Notes: generated from the sequence alone by a model not told the origin. A stretch of DNA of 64,000 nucleotides from Candidatus Bathyarchaeia archaeon (GCA_038883655.1 JAVZLQ010000002.1:121625-185624); one strand, 5' to 3'. Counted from the first letter of the stretch, positions 27,385-37,514 are shown. Translations and numbers: made by a program.

Positions 27385-27775
27385 GTTCAAAACAACAATT
27401 AAACTATTGGTGGAGCGTTTGATTGAAGTTTTTGTACGCTCCTCAACCCCATACTTGGATGTGGGCTACTATAGAGAAATGTCCCACCATGTATGCTGTG
27501 CCCCTGAACTAGCAGGATGGGCGATTAATGTACCGGAAAAATTTAAAGGACGCATCTTACCCGAAAAGGATCGAACAGTTTTAGAGAATGCCTTGCGTTT
27601 TGCCAGCGAAACTGGTAAGCAAATTGTTGTGTTTGATATTTCACGTGTTAGTGATAGGTTAAAGGCAATTAAACGTGGAGTTAAAAGCACACCCGCAGTC
27701 ATAATCGATGGAAAAAAGTATGACGATGCAGATGAAATTCTGCGTGTCTTACAAGCGCCTTCTAGTAAGCATTAA
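27383..27775 (+). CDS. Hypothetical thioredoxin-like-fold protein
   Basis: GVKSTPAVIIDG C-terminal motif; start may be GTG near 27410. Confidence 0.6.
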   Translation: MFKTTIKLLVERLIEVFVRSSTPYLDVGYYREMSHHVCCAPELAGWAINVPEKFKGRILPEKDRTVLENALRFASETGKQIVVFDISRVSDRLKAIKRGVKSTPAVIIDGKKYDDADEILRVLQAPSSKH

Positions 27776-27838
27776 TCAACTAATCGATTAGGTGAAACAA
27801 ATAATACATAACTAATGATGTGGAGCTAACGAATACCT

Positions 27839-29011
27839 ATGCAAATTAAAGAAGATTATGCCAGGCAATATGTTCTCCATAAGCACCATCTCCTAGAAGG
27901 TTCACAAGTAGAAAACATCCTTCAAGTTGTGAATGATGTCATTGCCTTACATGCCACAAGCGTCGGAACACCATATCTTTCCTTGTTCGCTCGAATGAAG
28001 AGATTTCAAAGAGATCAGCTAGATGAAGAATTCTATGTTAAAAGAAATTTAATTCGACTGGAGTTGATGAGGGGCACCCTCTTCATTGTTTCAACCGAAT
28101 TGGCGCCCATGCTTTTTCAAGCAACAAAAACTTCGGAACGCCAGCTTGCATATTTTATTCGGAAATGGGGAATAAACGCAAGAGAATGTGAAGAGCTTGT
28201 CGAGAGGTTATGTGAAGTCTTAAAGGGTGGCGAGAAGACGCTCCAAGAGATTAAGAGAAGTCTACCAAGAGAAATTGTTAGATCCGTTACGTTTAAGGCT
28301 GGCAATCAAGTGTATAGAGCTACTAACGTTAGCGTGGTCTTGCAAGTTTTAACTCGGAAAGGCATAGTAATTAGTGAAAAAAGTCCTGGAAAGCTTGGTA
28401 TTACGAGGGGCAACAGGTTCGCCCTTTTAAAAGAGAAGTATCCTAGGCTTAATCTTGACTCTGTTGGAGAGGAAGAGGCTAAAGTGATGTTACTCAGAAG
28501 CTATGTTAGGGCTTTCGGGCCGGTCACAGAGGAAGATGTTGCGTGGTGGACTGGTTTTGGCAGAGCTGAAGTTAGGAATGCTCTTGCAGATATTGCCGAG
28601 GAGCTAGTAACAGTTAAAATTTGTGGTTTTAAAGGAAACTACATGATGTTAAAAGGGGATTATGAAGAATTTGTTAAATTTAAGCCTCTAGTCAAATGCT
28701 CACTTGTGCTGCTTCCCTACGAAGACCCTTACACGAAAGGTTACAAGATAAGGAATAGGCTTGTCGATTCAACGCTTGAGAAAAGGGTGTATGTTGGGGG
28801 TGGAGTTTTACCCACGATACTTTTAAATGGTGAGATTATAGGCGTATGGAACAGAAGTATAGAAGAAGGCAAAGGACCAATCAAACTAAACCTTTTTTCA
28901 AGCGTTGACAAAAATATTGAAAGAAAGCTTATTGAAAAGGCGGAGGAAATAGGAAAACTTATGGCTAATCATAAAGTTGATGTAGAAGCTGAGAATATCG
29001 ATTCTCACTGA
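27839..29011 (+). CDS. AlkZ/YcaQ-like (HTH_42) DNA glycosylase family protein
   Basis: LHAT...YLSL.AR, MRGTL, FGPVT.ED..WWTG, LLPYEDPY, G.IIG.W. Confidence 0.85.
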   Translation: MQIKEDYARQYVLHKHHLLEGSQVENILQVVNDVIALHATSVGTPYLSLFARMKRFQRDQLDEEFYVKRNLIRLELMRGTLFIVSTELAPMLFQATKTSERQLAYFIRKWGINARECEELVERLCEVLKGGEKTLQEIKRSLPREIVRSVTFKAGNQVYRATNVSVVLQVLTRKGIVISEKSPGKLGITRGNRFALLKEKYPRLNLDSVGEEEAKVMLLRSYVRAFGPVTEEDVAWWTGFGRAEVRNALADIAEELVTVKICGFKGNYMMLKGDYEEFVKFKPLVKCSLVLLPYEDPYTKGYKIRNRLVDSTLEKRVYVGGGVLPTILLNGEIIGVWNRSIEEGKGPIKLNLFSSVDKNIERKLIEKAEEIGKLMANHKVDVEAENIDSH

Positions 29012-29028
29012 AATCACAAATAAATCCG

Positions 29029-29556
29029 CTATTCACGTGCATGCTTTAATATGTGCGGCGCTTCGGGTAAAATCAGTTCCTTAAGGCATGTTTTCACGGC
29101 GTCTGGTGAGCCTGGAATGCAAAAGAATGCTTTTCCTTTTGCTACGCCGGCAAGCGCGCGTGATAGGATTGCTGCTGAACCGATTTTTTTAAAGCTTAAA
29201 TGCCTGAAAATTTCGCCGAAACCGTCCAATGTTTTTTCTAGGAACCGCGAAACCGTTTCTATAGTTATGTCTGATTTCGCTATGCCTGTCCCACCGCAGA
29301 ATATGGCTGCGTCTAAATTAGAGTGTAATATTTGGCGTACACATTCTTCTATTTTGGTTTTTTCATCTGGAATTATTTTTCGCAGGGCAACAACGTGACC
29401 CATGTTTTTTATGAGTTCTTCTATTAGGTCTCCGGATTCATCTTCGATTTTTTCGCCGCTTTCAAGCCTTTTGTAACGTGAGGTGCTACATACAAAAATG
29501 GCGAAGTTCAGCTTTTTTGGTGCTTCTGCTTTATGTCTTTTTGTGCTTTCACTCAT
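29029..29556 (-). CDS. moaB: MoaB/MogA molybdopterin adenylyltransferase
   Basis: D.SG, GGTG...D.T.E, GFGE.FR, SRA, PGSP. Confidence 0.94.
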   Translation of the reverse strand: MSESTKRHKAEAPKKLNFAIFVCSTSRYKRLESGEKIEDESGDLIEELIKNMGHVVALRKIIPDEKTKIEECVRQILHSNLDAAIFCGGTGIAKSDITIETVSRFLEKTLDGFGEIFRHLSFKKIGSAAILSRALAGVAKGKAFFCIPGSPDAVKTCLKELILPEAPHILKHARE

Positions 29557-30005
29557 GGCTTTCTGCTCTCGCTCTCTTTAACCTTTTTTACTACGCGGAT
29601 TTTCTCTATTGCAGTTGTCGGATACCGTCCTTCCGCGTCCTTTTCGTATTGTTTAACCATATCCCAGATTGTCAGAAGACTGGTAGCAGTTGCAACCAAC
29701 GCTTCCATTTCAACGCCCGTCTGCGCTTTAGTTTTGACTGTCGATGTTACTTCAACGCGTGTTTCATCAGCAATCTTAATTTTTATGTCCACGTTTGTTA
29801 TTGGAAGCGGATGGCAGAGCGGTATCAGCTCGCTTGTTTTTTTGGCGGCTAAAATTCCGGCAATTTTGGCGGCGTATAATGGGTCTCCTTTGGCAATTTT
29901 TCCTTCTTGAATCAGCGTTATAGTTTCTGGCTTTAGCCTAATTGTTCCAGTGGCTGTTGCTTCACGAAAGATTTCCGGCTTTTCAGAGATGTCAACCATC
30001 GACAT
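29553..30005 (-). CDS. moaC: Cyclic pyranopterin monophosphate synthase
   Basis: MVDISEK, LIPLCH, TGVEMEAL, WDMVK. Confidence 0.96.
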   Translation of the reverse strand: MSMVDISEKPEIFREATATGTIRLKPETITLIQEGKIAKGDPLYAAKIAGILAAKKTSELIPLCHPLPITNVDIKIKIADETRVEVTSTVKTKAQTGVEMEALVATATSLLTIWDMVKQYEKDAEGRYPTTAIEKIRVVKKVKESESRKP

Positions 30006-30006
30006 T

Positions 30007-30711
30007 TTATTCTCGCTCCATGTTGTTTGCTCGGTTAAAGTTTGATAAGGAAAGCTGTTTTCTCTGTGCTTTGTTTTCTATGTTCTCTGTTTTTGCTGGT
30101 TTTCTGCTTGCGAGGATTTTTAGGCTTTCCTCTTGAAGTTCCCTCATAATCTGTTTCATTTCGCCAACCTTTCCTTCCAAGTCTATTAGCACAGCCCTAA
30201 AAGTGTCTATTCGGCTTAAAATATACTTGATAAGTGGCTCCACATCCTCCTTGGCGTGTATGCTTATAACTGAGGCTTTAGCCTCAGAAGCCTTCTTAAA
30301 ATTTAGGATTGCATCCATAAGCGGGGAGGGATTATCCCTGATTTCGCGCATGAGGAAGAGCATGTCCGAACCATCTGTCAACGCCTTTCTTAGCTGTTCG
30401 AAGGCTAGACGGGAATTTGCAAGCGGGTCAACCGTGTTTTGGAGTAGGATTTCCTTGAAGTTGGCTAGTGTTTGCCTTAGCCTTTTACACATTGATTTCA
30501 TTGTTGGAGCTTTTTCTGGCTTTAGTATGAGCATGAGTTCCTCGCTTTTTTCGGTTAAGCTGCCTAGGCGCGTTATGTAGATTTCTGCTTTGTTTAGAAG
30601 CTCTTGTGGTGGAAGCTTTTCGTATATGGTTCCGCTTGCTATTTCGCTTGCCATTTTCTGCAATAAAGCCTCAAACTCCTTTATGTTCTCGTTAAACGCG
30701 TCTTTCACCAA
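30007..30711 (-). CDS. Helical hypothetical protein
   Basis: In a co-oriented run with cdc6 and moaC. Confidence 0.7.
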   Translation of the reverse strand: MVKDAFNENIKEFEALLQKMASEIASGTIYEKLPPQELLNKAEIYITRLGSLTEKSEELMLILKPEKAPTMKSMCKRLRQTLANFKEILLQNTVDPLANSRLAFEQLRKALTDGSDMLFLMREIRDNPSPLMDAILNFKKASEAKASVISIHAKEDVEPLIKYILSRIDTFRAVLIDLEGKVGEMKQIMRELQEESLKILASRKPAKTENIENKAQRKQLSLSNFNRANNMERE

Positions 30712-30748
30712 AACTTTTCAACTCCAAACATGCAATTTCGCTTTTCCA

Positions 30749-31027
30749 CTATTTATTTTGGTGCTCCCAAACTTCAATAAGGTTTTGCAAAGCCCTAACC
30801 CTAGGCGACTGCTCATTAAGCCTATACAAGCGTATCTTCCCAAAAGTTTTCTGTTTAATCATGCCCGCGTCTTCCAAGATTTGGAGATGTTGTCTTGCAG
30901 TGCTATAATTTATGTTAAGTCTGCGGGCAAGTTCAGAAATGTTAAGCTCGCCCATGCTCATGAGAATTTTCAAAATTTTAATTCTCACCCTTGAGGAAAG
31001 AATATTCTCTATGCTCATGAACTTCAC
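30749..31027 (-). CDS. ArsR-like wHTH regulator
   Basis: R.KILK.L..GELNISELARRL..NYS...HL..LE..G. Confidence 0.88.
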   Translation of the reverse strand: MKFMSIENILSSRVRIKILKILMSMGELNISELARRLNINYSTARQHLQILEDAGMIKQKTFGKIRLYRLNEQSPRVRALQNLIEVWEHQNK

Positions 31028-32205
31028 CTACTATTTTCCAAAATGTCTGAAAGCTCTTTTTCCAGTTCGGCTGCCGGGATTCTCGGCAAATAAATAATTG
31101 TTGACCTCCCACGGTTGCCCAAAGTTGAAACCTCGGTTTTTGTAATGCCCATCGCCGCAAAGTTTTGTAGGTACTTCCACAGTTGTGTGTGGCTGTGCGG
31201 TTTTTCGCCTAGTTCCTCGCAGATAATTGCGTATGCATGTTCAGCCTCGCTGAAGGGGACGTAAGCCGCTTTGCTTGTTTTGAAGAGCCTTGCAATGCCG
31301 AGCAGAAAGATTTTTTCATGTAAGCCTAAACTTGCGATTTCGCTTTTGCGCAATGTTGGGATTATGCTTGAAGCTGCTTTTCGAACGTGCTCTGGAGTGA
31401 CAGCACCGAAGCCTTCAGCATCAGCGTATTTTCCAGCCCTCCAGAGAAGTTCTATGCCAAAGCGGGCGTTTCCGCTTTCCGAGAAGGCGAGTTCGGCAAC
31501 CAAATCCAAGGTCTCATCGGAAACTGTTGAAGGCTTGAAGGCTAGGTTAACGCGGTCGTTCAATATGTCTACGAGCTGTTCCTTCGAGTATTTTTCGAGA
31601 CTTATAATGTTTGATTGCAATGTGCTTCTTGTGCTGGTGTCCAGATGCTCAAGAACTTTCAAATCGCGGACTATACATATTAAAGAAAGCCTTTGAAACT
31701 TTCCATGCCTAATTTCTTGCAGTCGCGTAAGCTTGTAAACGGCTTCTGACCCCTCCTCATCAACGAGACTTTCAAACTCGTCTAAAGCCAAGATTACATG
31801 AGCGTTTTCTCCGTCTAAAATTTCGAATAGTATGTTGATTAGTTCTTCGGCTGAGTAGCCTCTTCTTGGAAAGTTTGGATGGAAACGTGTAACCGCCTGA
31901 TGTAGTATTAGAAAGAGGCTTCCACGGTATTCACGGCAGTTCACATGAATGTAACACAATTTTATTCCAAGTTTCTTCGCCTCATTTGTAATGTCTGTCC
32001 CGAAGCGCTGTGAAAGCACGGTTTTGCCCGTTCCAACATCACCAGTTATTATTATTCTCTGAGCCATTTTCCCCGGAAATTGCAGTAAAAAGCTAAAGAA
32101 ATGTCTCAAAAGCCGCAGTTCATTTTCTCTGTGGGGAAGCCTAATTGGCACGTAGCTTATGTCAAGTTTTGTTTCATCCTTGAACACACTGCTTTGCCAA
32201 TACAA
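31024..32205 (-). CDS. cdc6: Orc1/Cdc6 replication initiator
   Basis: LPHRE, GDVGTGKT, VNC, LDEFE, GNAR, C-terminal WH with RGR. Confidence 0.95.
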   Translation of the reverse strand: MYWQSSVFKDETKLDISYVPIRLPHRENELRLLRHFFSFLLQFPGKMAQRIIITGDVGTGKTVLSQRFGTDITNEAKKLGIKLCYIHVNCREYRGSLFLILHQAVTRFHPNFPRRGYSAEELINILFEILDGENAHVILALDEFESLVDEEGSEAVYKLTRLQEIRHGKFQRLSLICIVRDLKVLEHLDTSTRSTLQSNIISLEKYSKEQLVDILNDRVNLAFKPSTVSDETLDLVAELAFSESGNARFGIELLWRAGKYADAEGFGAVTPEHVRKAASSIIPTLRKSEIASLGLHEKIFLLGIARLFKTSKAAYVPFSEAEHAYAIICEELGEKPHSHTQLWKYLQNFAAMGITKTEVSTLGNRGRSTIIYLPRIPAAELEKELSDILENSR

Positions 32206-32528
32206 ACTTGCGCAAGCCCCAAAAATATTATGTGCACGCTTTGTTATCTTTTTCCCCAGCCGAACATTACATCAACAACAAAGAACCAAAAATCTAGAGG
32301 GGCTATCTACTTTAGCGGTCTCGAACAGCCCAAAATTGACGTTGGAAAAACAGAAATTTTAGACGCTGACATTATGGGATAATGGCGTTTAATCCTTATT
32401 TTACAGTTCAGGCTTTAATTTAGGCTTTTTATGGAAAAATAGATGAGAAAGAAGGGCGACCTTGCAGAGCATTCTTAAGAGGAAAGATTTTTAAGCAAAA
32501 CTTGTTAATTTCATTTCGATACTGAGAA

Positions 32529-33083
32529 ATGATTCCCAAATACTTCTTCCTAACAAAGGGTGTCGGAAAACACAAGGAGCAACTCCAATCCTTCGAGTTG
32601 GCATTGAGAAACGCGGGAATACACCACTGCAATATAGTAAATGTTTCAAGCATAATACCGCCAGGATGCAAACTAATCCCGAGAGAAAAAGGACTGAAAA
32701 TGTTGAAGCCTGGAGAAATAACCTTCGTTGTTTTGGCTAGAAACTCGACGAATGAGCCGCATAGGCTGATTGCGGCATCCATAGGCGTAGCCATACCTTC
32801 TGGCAAAAACAATTATGGCTATCTCTCCGAACATCACTCTTTCGGGCAGACGGACGAGGTAGCGGGTGAATATGCGGAGGATTTAGCTGCAACTATGTTG
32901 GCTACAACAATGGGAATACCATTTGACCCAGAAAAGGCTTGGGATGAAAGAAAACAGCTGTTCAAAACAACTGGCATGATAATTAAGACAACGAACATTA
33001 CGCAGTCCGCAACTGGCGACAAGAACGGCTTGTGGACAACGGCAATAGCCGCGGCAGTTTTTGTTCCGGAGAAAAGGCGCTAA
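32529..33083 (+). CDS. pdaD: Pyruvoyl-dependent arginine decarboxylase
   Basis: [18 protein letters not shown] self-cleavage site. Confidence 0.93.
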   Translation: MIPKYFFLTKGVGKHKEQLQSFELALRNAGIHHCNIVNVSSIIPPGCKLIPREKGLKMLKPGEITFVVLARNSTNEPHRLIAASIGVAIPSGKNNYGYLSEHHSFGQTDEVAGEYAEDLAATMLATTMGIPFDPEKAWDERKQLFKTTGMIIKTTNITQSATGDKNGLWTTAIAAAVFVPEKRR

Positions 33084-33106
33084 AGCGGACCATAACAATC
33101 CATTTT

Positions 33107-33592
33107 TTATTTTAGCTTTCTTATGAGCCGCCCTTCTCTGTCTATCTCTCCCCTGCGGATTCTTGTTGTGGAGATTGGCGCATGATTTTCCGAAGGAACC
33201 ATGTCAATAACAACGATTTCAAGCGGTTTTAAGCCTCTTCTTTCCCGTTCAACGTTAATCCTACGCGCCATAGGCTCGGTTTCACGACTAACAATAAGCG
33301 CTTCAATACAACCTTCCGAAAGCGTCACGCCAAACGGGTCATTTAGCGGTATAACTTCAGCCCTTTCCAGAAAACCCATCTTACGCAAAAATTCCTTAAG
33401 CTCACGTAGCCTCTCGTTGTATGGAGCTGTAAAATGAGGTTTCATTAAACTTTCAACAAGTTTATCAGAGCATAAGCCAATCAAAACGCGCTCGCCAACC
33501 TCAAAGGCTTTCATAAGCAAGGCGCGATGTCCCTTATGAAGCTCGTCAAAAGTGCCGCCGACAGCCACCACCTTAAATTTTTGTTTCAACAT
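33107..33592 (-). CDS. coaD: Archaeal phosphopantetheine adenylyltransferase
   Basis: GGTFD.LH.GH, VS.ET, ISTTRIR.GEID..G. Confidence 0.93.
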   Translation of the reverse strand: MLKQKFKVVAVGGTFDELHKGHRALLMKAFEVGERVLIGLCSDKLVESLMKPHFTAPYNERLRELKEFLRKMGFLERAEVIPLNDPFGVTLSEGCIEALIVSRETEPMARRINVERERRGLKPLEIVVIDMVPSENHAPISTTRIRRGEIDREGRLIRKLK

Positions 33593-33599
33593 GCCTTCC

Positions 33600-34535
33600 T
33601 CATTTCACTAGTCTTGCGCCTTGAAAGTCAATCTCAGCGACTAGAATCTTTTCTGGTGGCAGAACCTTCTTAAAAGCTTGAGCTACATGCTCCGCGTTTT
33701 CCAACGTTGCAATTGCATGTACTGCTTCGCCAACCATGTTCTGCGCTACGCCGATAGCCCCAGCTTCCTCTGCGATTTCAATCAATTTTCGTACACGCTC
33801 TGTCATAAACCCCGTTTTCTCTGCAAACTCGCGGCAACACGCCAAAAAATTTTCAATCGAAGGATCGGCAAGGATTTTCTCCAAGGTTTTCTTTCCCCAC
33901 TTGTTAACAGCCAAACGCCTTTCAGGCGAAGATAGCACTTCCTTCGTGGGTATTGGTCCAAAAACTCCAGCCACAACAACGTAATCCTCAACAATTGGTA
34001 TGCGGTCTATTGTAGCTGTTCCAGGCGCGCCAGGCTCTACTGTTAGGACGCAACCGCCAATCATCAGCGGTCCAACAGTACCCAAACCAGTTTTACACTT
34101 AACTTCTGCTACGTGTGCTATCCTGCCCAGTTGATTGTAAGTCATTTTCAAGCGTAGAGCTTCTGCTAGAGCCAAAGCTGTTGTTAGGGCTCCTCCAGCG
34201 CTTGAGCCGAAGCCAGCGCCAATTGGAACATCAATTTTATGTCTAACCTCAACAGCGTAATTGCCATTCGCCTTTTCCAAGAGCATTTGCACAACAGACC
34301 TTGTTGTTTCAGCTTCAGGCGCCAAACGGTCATTGATAAAAATTTCAATGCTATTTTTTTCAGCTTCTTTCACTTTCACTCTTGTCAAAACTCCCTTTTT
34401 GAAAGCGAAGCCTCCTCCACGTGCCCCGACGCATTCAAGGTCCAGAATTGGATTGCCATTGGGCGAGGTGTCGCATATTTCGAAGAAGCTTGAAATTCCA
34501 GCCGGAGAGAAAGCCTTTGAAGTGTTTTTTGTCAA
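33600..34535 (-). CDS. pok: Pantoate kinase (GHMP family)
   Basis: PIGAGFGSSAG, AHVAEV...TGLG, PGAPG. Confidence 0.88.
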   Translation of the reverse strand: MTKNTSKAFSPAGISSFFEICDTSPNGNPILDLECVGARGGGFAFKKGVLTRVKVKEAEKNSIEIFINDRLAPEAETTRSVVQMLLEKANGNYAVEVRHKIDVPIGAGFGSSAGGALTTALALAEALRLKMTYNQLGRIAHVAEVKCKTGLGTVGPLMIGGCVLTVEPGAPGTATIDRIPIVEDYVVVAGVFGPIPTKEVLSSPERRLAVNKWGKKTLEKILADPSIENFLACCREFAEKTGFMTERVRKLIEIAEEAGAIGVAQNMVGEAVHAIATLENAEHVAQAFKKVLPPEKILVAEIDFQGARLVK

Positions 34536-34544
34536 TTGTTTCCC

Positions 34545-35306
34545 CTATTGTTCGGTTTTTTGCGCAGTTTTTAATGAGGGGTAAGCCTTGTAGCATGCTT
34601 TTATGATTGGTGGTCCTAGGAGGAGGATGAATGGAATTTCTGTGGCGAAAGTCCAGACAAATATTATTGGTATAAACGATGATGGTATTGGATTTTTGAA
34701 GTAACCCTGGGGAGAGAAGAATATTTGGCTGTAAGCCCAAACTACGAGGGCTATTATTGCGCTTCCTACGCCAAGTCCCGTGACGGAGCCTACACCGTAA
34801 TTTTTCCATTCAGGCCACAGCTTTGCAATTATAATCATGATTGCGAGGCTTGCGATAACCGTTAAGACGAATAGGAGGATAATTTCGGAAGTGGATAATG
34901 TAAATGAGAAGTAAGCGGCGGATTCTGTTGGCAGAAGAACTGTTGGCAGTAAGAGACCAGCGGCTATAATTAGGCTTCCCATAACCGCGCTTGAACTTGT
35001 CTTCTTCCAGTCAAGTGTTGAACGGAAAAGATAGCCCAAAATGTAGAATCCAGCAAAATTGGCTGTGACACCAGCTGACAAACTAAGCAAGGCATCTCCA
35101 TGAAATAGCATGTCCCTTATAAAAATGCCGATTGCGGCGCCCACAGCCCCAGTTAATGGTCCGAAGAGGACGGCGAATACTGCAGGTATAACTGCTGCTG
35201 GCCAGAAAGCTACTCCGCCGACGGTTATGCCCAAATCTGTTAAGCGTCCAATTACGGCGTATAGGGCTGCGCATACGCCCATCATGGCTATGTTGAAGGC
35301 TTTCAT
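34545..35306 (-). CDS. ECF S-component-like membrane protein
   Basis: AALYAV, FWPAAVIP..F.VLFGP..GA.GAAIG; start moved to ATG 35306. Confidence 0.75.
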   Translation of the reverse strand: MKAFNIAMMGVCAALYAVIGRLTDLGITVGGVAFWPAAVIPAVFAVLFGPLTGAVGAAIGIFIRDMLFHGDALLSLSAGVTANFAGFYILGYLFRSTLDWKKTSSSAVMGSLIIAAGLLLPTVLLPTESAAYFSFTLSTSEIILLFVLTVIASLAIMIIIAKLWPEWKNYGVGSVTGLGVGSAIIALVVWAYSQIFFSPQGYFKNPIPSSFIPIIFVWTFATEIPFILLLGPPIIKACYKAYPSLKTAQKTEQ

Positions 35307-35425
35307 TTTGCTTTTTCTCCTTTCTGGGGTTTTCGGAGTTTTGCTTTCTAGATAAGAGTTTCCTATGAATTGTTTAAACATGTTTAAACTAGACGTTAAG
35401 GCGATTTGTTGAACTGTTGTACGGT

Positions 35426-35450
35426 TATGTGTAGTTTTGTTCTACGCACA
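35426..35450 (+). promoter_or_regulatory. Palindromic operator-like site 1 of the pilus locus
   Basis: tatgtgtagttttgttctacgcaca; 24/25 identical to the copy at 36148. Confidence 0.65.
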
Positions 35451-35480
35451 AACCATCATATTTCTAGGCGAGGTGATTTT

Positions 35481-36059
35481 GTGGCACGGAGAGAAAATAG
35501 AATGAAGATGTTAAGGAATAAGAAAGCTTTAAGCACGGTGGTTACTACACTGATAATCCTCGTAGTTTCAGTGCTTCTAGCAACTGTGGTGACGTTCTAC
35601 GCCATAAACGTAACGACAACGCGAGTACAAGAAGAAAGCCTACAAGTATTCAAACTACACATATGGCATGACGGATCGAGTGCCGTAGCTGCATTCCTAA
35701 TAATCAACACTGGCGGACGTGACGTTGTAATAGACAAAATTGCTGTTAGGGGTCAAGAATGCGACTGGAATGGCTCGCTAACCAAGGTGTATTACAATAA
35801 GACGCAAGACACGATAAACGTTGACTTGCCCTACGCGAAGCCATCAGAAGCCTCTATGCAAATAACGATTGGTACGAAAAGTTACACTTTCACCGTGGCG
35901 GAAGATGACTTAATTTTGAAGTCAGGCTGGAGCATGATTGTGTACATACTTAACCCAGATCACATTTCCGTCAACGACATCGGTGTCACTGTGGGCGTAA
36001 CGATTTTCACTGCTAATGCTCAGTATTACAAGGAAGCCAATGTTGAAGCTGCAAGTTAA
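35481..36059 (+). CDS. Archaeal type IV pilin (probable major pilin)
   Basis: Class III signal KKA/LSTVVTTLIILVV; GTG start behind GAGGTGA; followed by a T-rich terminator-like tract. Confidence 0.88.
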   Translation: MARRENRMKMLRNKKALSTVVTTLIILVVSVLLATVVTFYAINVTTTRVQEESLQVFKLHIWHDGSSAVAAFLIINTGGRDVVIDKIAVRGQECDWNGSLTKVYYNKTQDTINVDLPYAKPSEASMQITIGTKSYTFTVAEDDLILKSGWSMIVYILNPDHISVNDIGVTVGVTIFTANAQYYKEANVEAAS

Positions 36060-36147
36060 GCGTTAAAGGCGTAGCCCCTCGCTTTTTCTTTTCCCCTATT
36101 TTGTTTTGAATATGTTTTCTGAAGCTTGATTTTAGATATTGACGCTC

Positions 36148-36172
36148 TATGTGTAGTTTTGTTCTACACACA
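36148..36172 (+). promoter_or_regulatory. Palindromic operator-like site 2 of the pilus locus
   Basis: TGTGTAG-N7-CTACACA perfect inverted repeat. Confidence 0.65.
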
Positions 36173-36235
36173 CTATCTTATCTTAAGAATAGGCGAAACG
36201 TGTTTTAGGCGTTAAGAGAGGAGGCTATAACACAA

Positions 36236-37063
36236 GTGCACAAAAAGCATCTGAAGCGTTTGTTAGCTTCGAATAGGGCTTTGGCAATACCAGTAACATA
36301 CCTTATACTCTTTGTTTCGCTTACGGCAATAATCTCCATAACATACAGTTTCGCAATAATCAAAATAGGCTCCAGAACCGCAGCGCTCAAAACTTCAATC
36401 GCAAAACAGAACATGCAGGCGCTTGACAACGCAATACTGTCAGTTGCGTGGAGCTTCGGAGCTTCAGAAACAGTTTACATGGAAGACTGCGGAGGCACAT
36501 TCAAAACAGATCCCACAGCCAAAAGCCTAACCATAAACATAACTGACGAGCTGGCATTTTCTGAAACCGTGTTCAACAGCACAATTGGAAAAGCCTACTA
36601 CGAGCTTGAGCCTTCGGAAAACTATTACGATGGACTTTACGTTAGAGGCGACAGCAGAACAATAGTGAACGAAAGCGCGCTCACTTTAACGCAACTCTAC
36701 TTTGGAGCAAGCGCAAACGCAAAAGAACTAACATTGTGCTATCGTCCATTTGCAACATCCACCAACATAGGCACAGAAAACGGAAAACCACTAAACCTGA
36801 TACGCATTTACATAATAAACCTAAACGCCCCGCAGGCGCTTACTCTAAAAGGAAAATTCTACCTAAAAGTAACATCAACAAACGTCACAACAACAGTGCG
36901 CCAGTACACTTTTGAAAACGCATTTTCTCATTTGGCGCTTAAAGCGGAAATGGACGGTACAGCAACAACCATTAGGCTTCCAGTTTCTAGAAACGCTGAA
37001 GGCGCGGTGGTAAACTTGGAAATAGTTGTCTGCAACATTGAAGTTCAAAGGGCGGGGGTTTAA
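36236..37063 (+). CDS. Pilin-like protein
   Basis: NRA/LAIPVTYLILF class III-like signal. Confidence 0.75.
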   Translation: MHKKHLKRLLASNRALAIPVTYLILFVSLTAIISITYSFAIIKIGSRTAALKTSIAKQNMQALDNAILSVAWSFGASETVYMEDCGGTFKTDPTAKSLTINITDELAFSETVFNSTIGKAYYELEPSENYYDGLYVRGDSRTIVNESALTLTQLYFGASANAKELTLCYRPFATSTNIGTENGKPLNLIRIYIINLNAPQALTLKGKFYLKVTSTNVTTTVRQYTFENAFSHLALKAEMDGTATTIRLPVSRNAEGAVVNLEIVVCNIEVQRAGV

Positions 37064-37513
37064 ATGCCAACAATAGCTGCAAGCCACCTATACACCTTCG
37101 CCGCTCTAATCGCTGTGGGCAGCCTCCTCACAACATCCTTCATGGTTTACGCGAACACCATACGCGAAACATCAGAAAACAAAAAACTGGAAGCTATAAT
37201 GAATCTTGTAGCCGCAAAGAGCATAAGACTAATAACGCTTACGCTTTCCACAAATGCTTCAACGGAAACTTTTCTCCAACTGCCAACCAAAATAGGCGAT
37301 AAGGATTATTGGCTTAAACTTGAAAACGGCACGTCAAAGGCTTGGCTTGAAGGCGGATTTGGAAGTACTCCAACGGAAAGCGCAATTCGAATTAGCGTAG
37401 CGAAGAATGTTTTGGCTACGGGCGTTTACATAAGCGGTTATGGCGCTGCACGGTTAAAGTGCTTTTTCGCTTCTAATATCGTTCAAATTCAAATTTCAAA
37501 CGGAGGAGAATAA
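37064..37513 (+). CDS. Pilus-associated small protein
   Basis: N-terminal hydrophobic helix; in the pilus operon. Confidence 0.7.
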   Translation: MPTIAASHLYTFAALIAVGSLLTTSFMVYANTIRETSENKKLEAIMNLVAAKSIRLITLTLSTNASTETFLQLPTKIGDKDYWLKLENGTSKAWLEGGFGSTPTESAIRISVAKNVLATGVYISGYGAARLKCFFASNIVQIQISNGGE

Positions 37514-37514
37514 A

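Noticed and set aside
32206-32528. Replication origin next to cdc6
   Set aside because: No clear repeated ORB (TTCCA-TGGAA plus G-string) elements could be seen.
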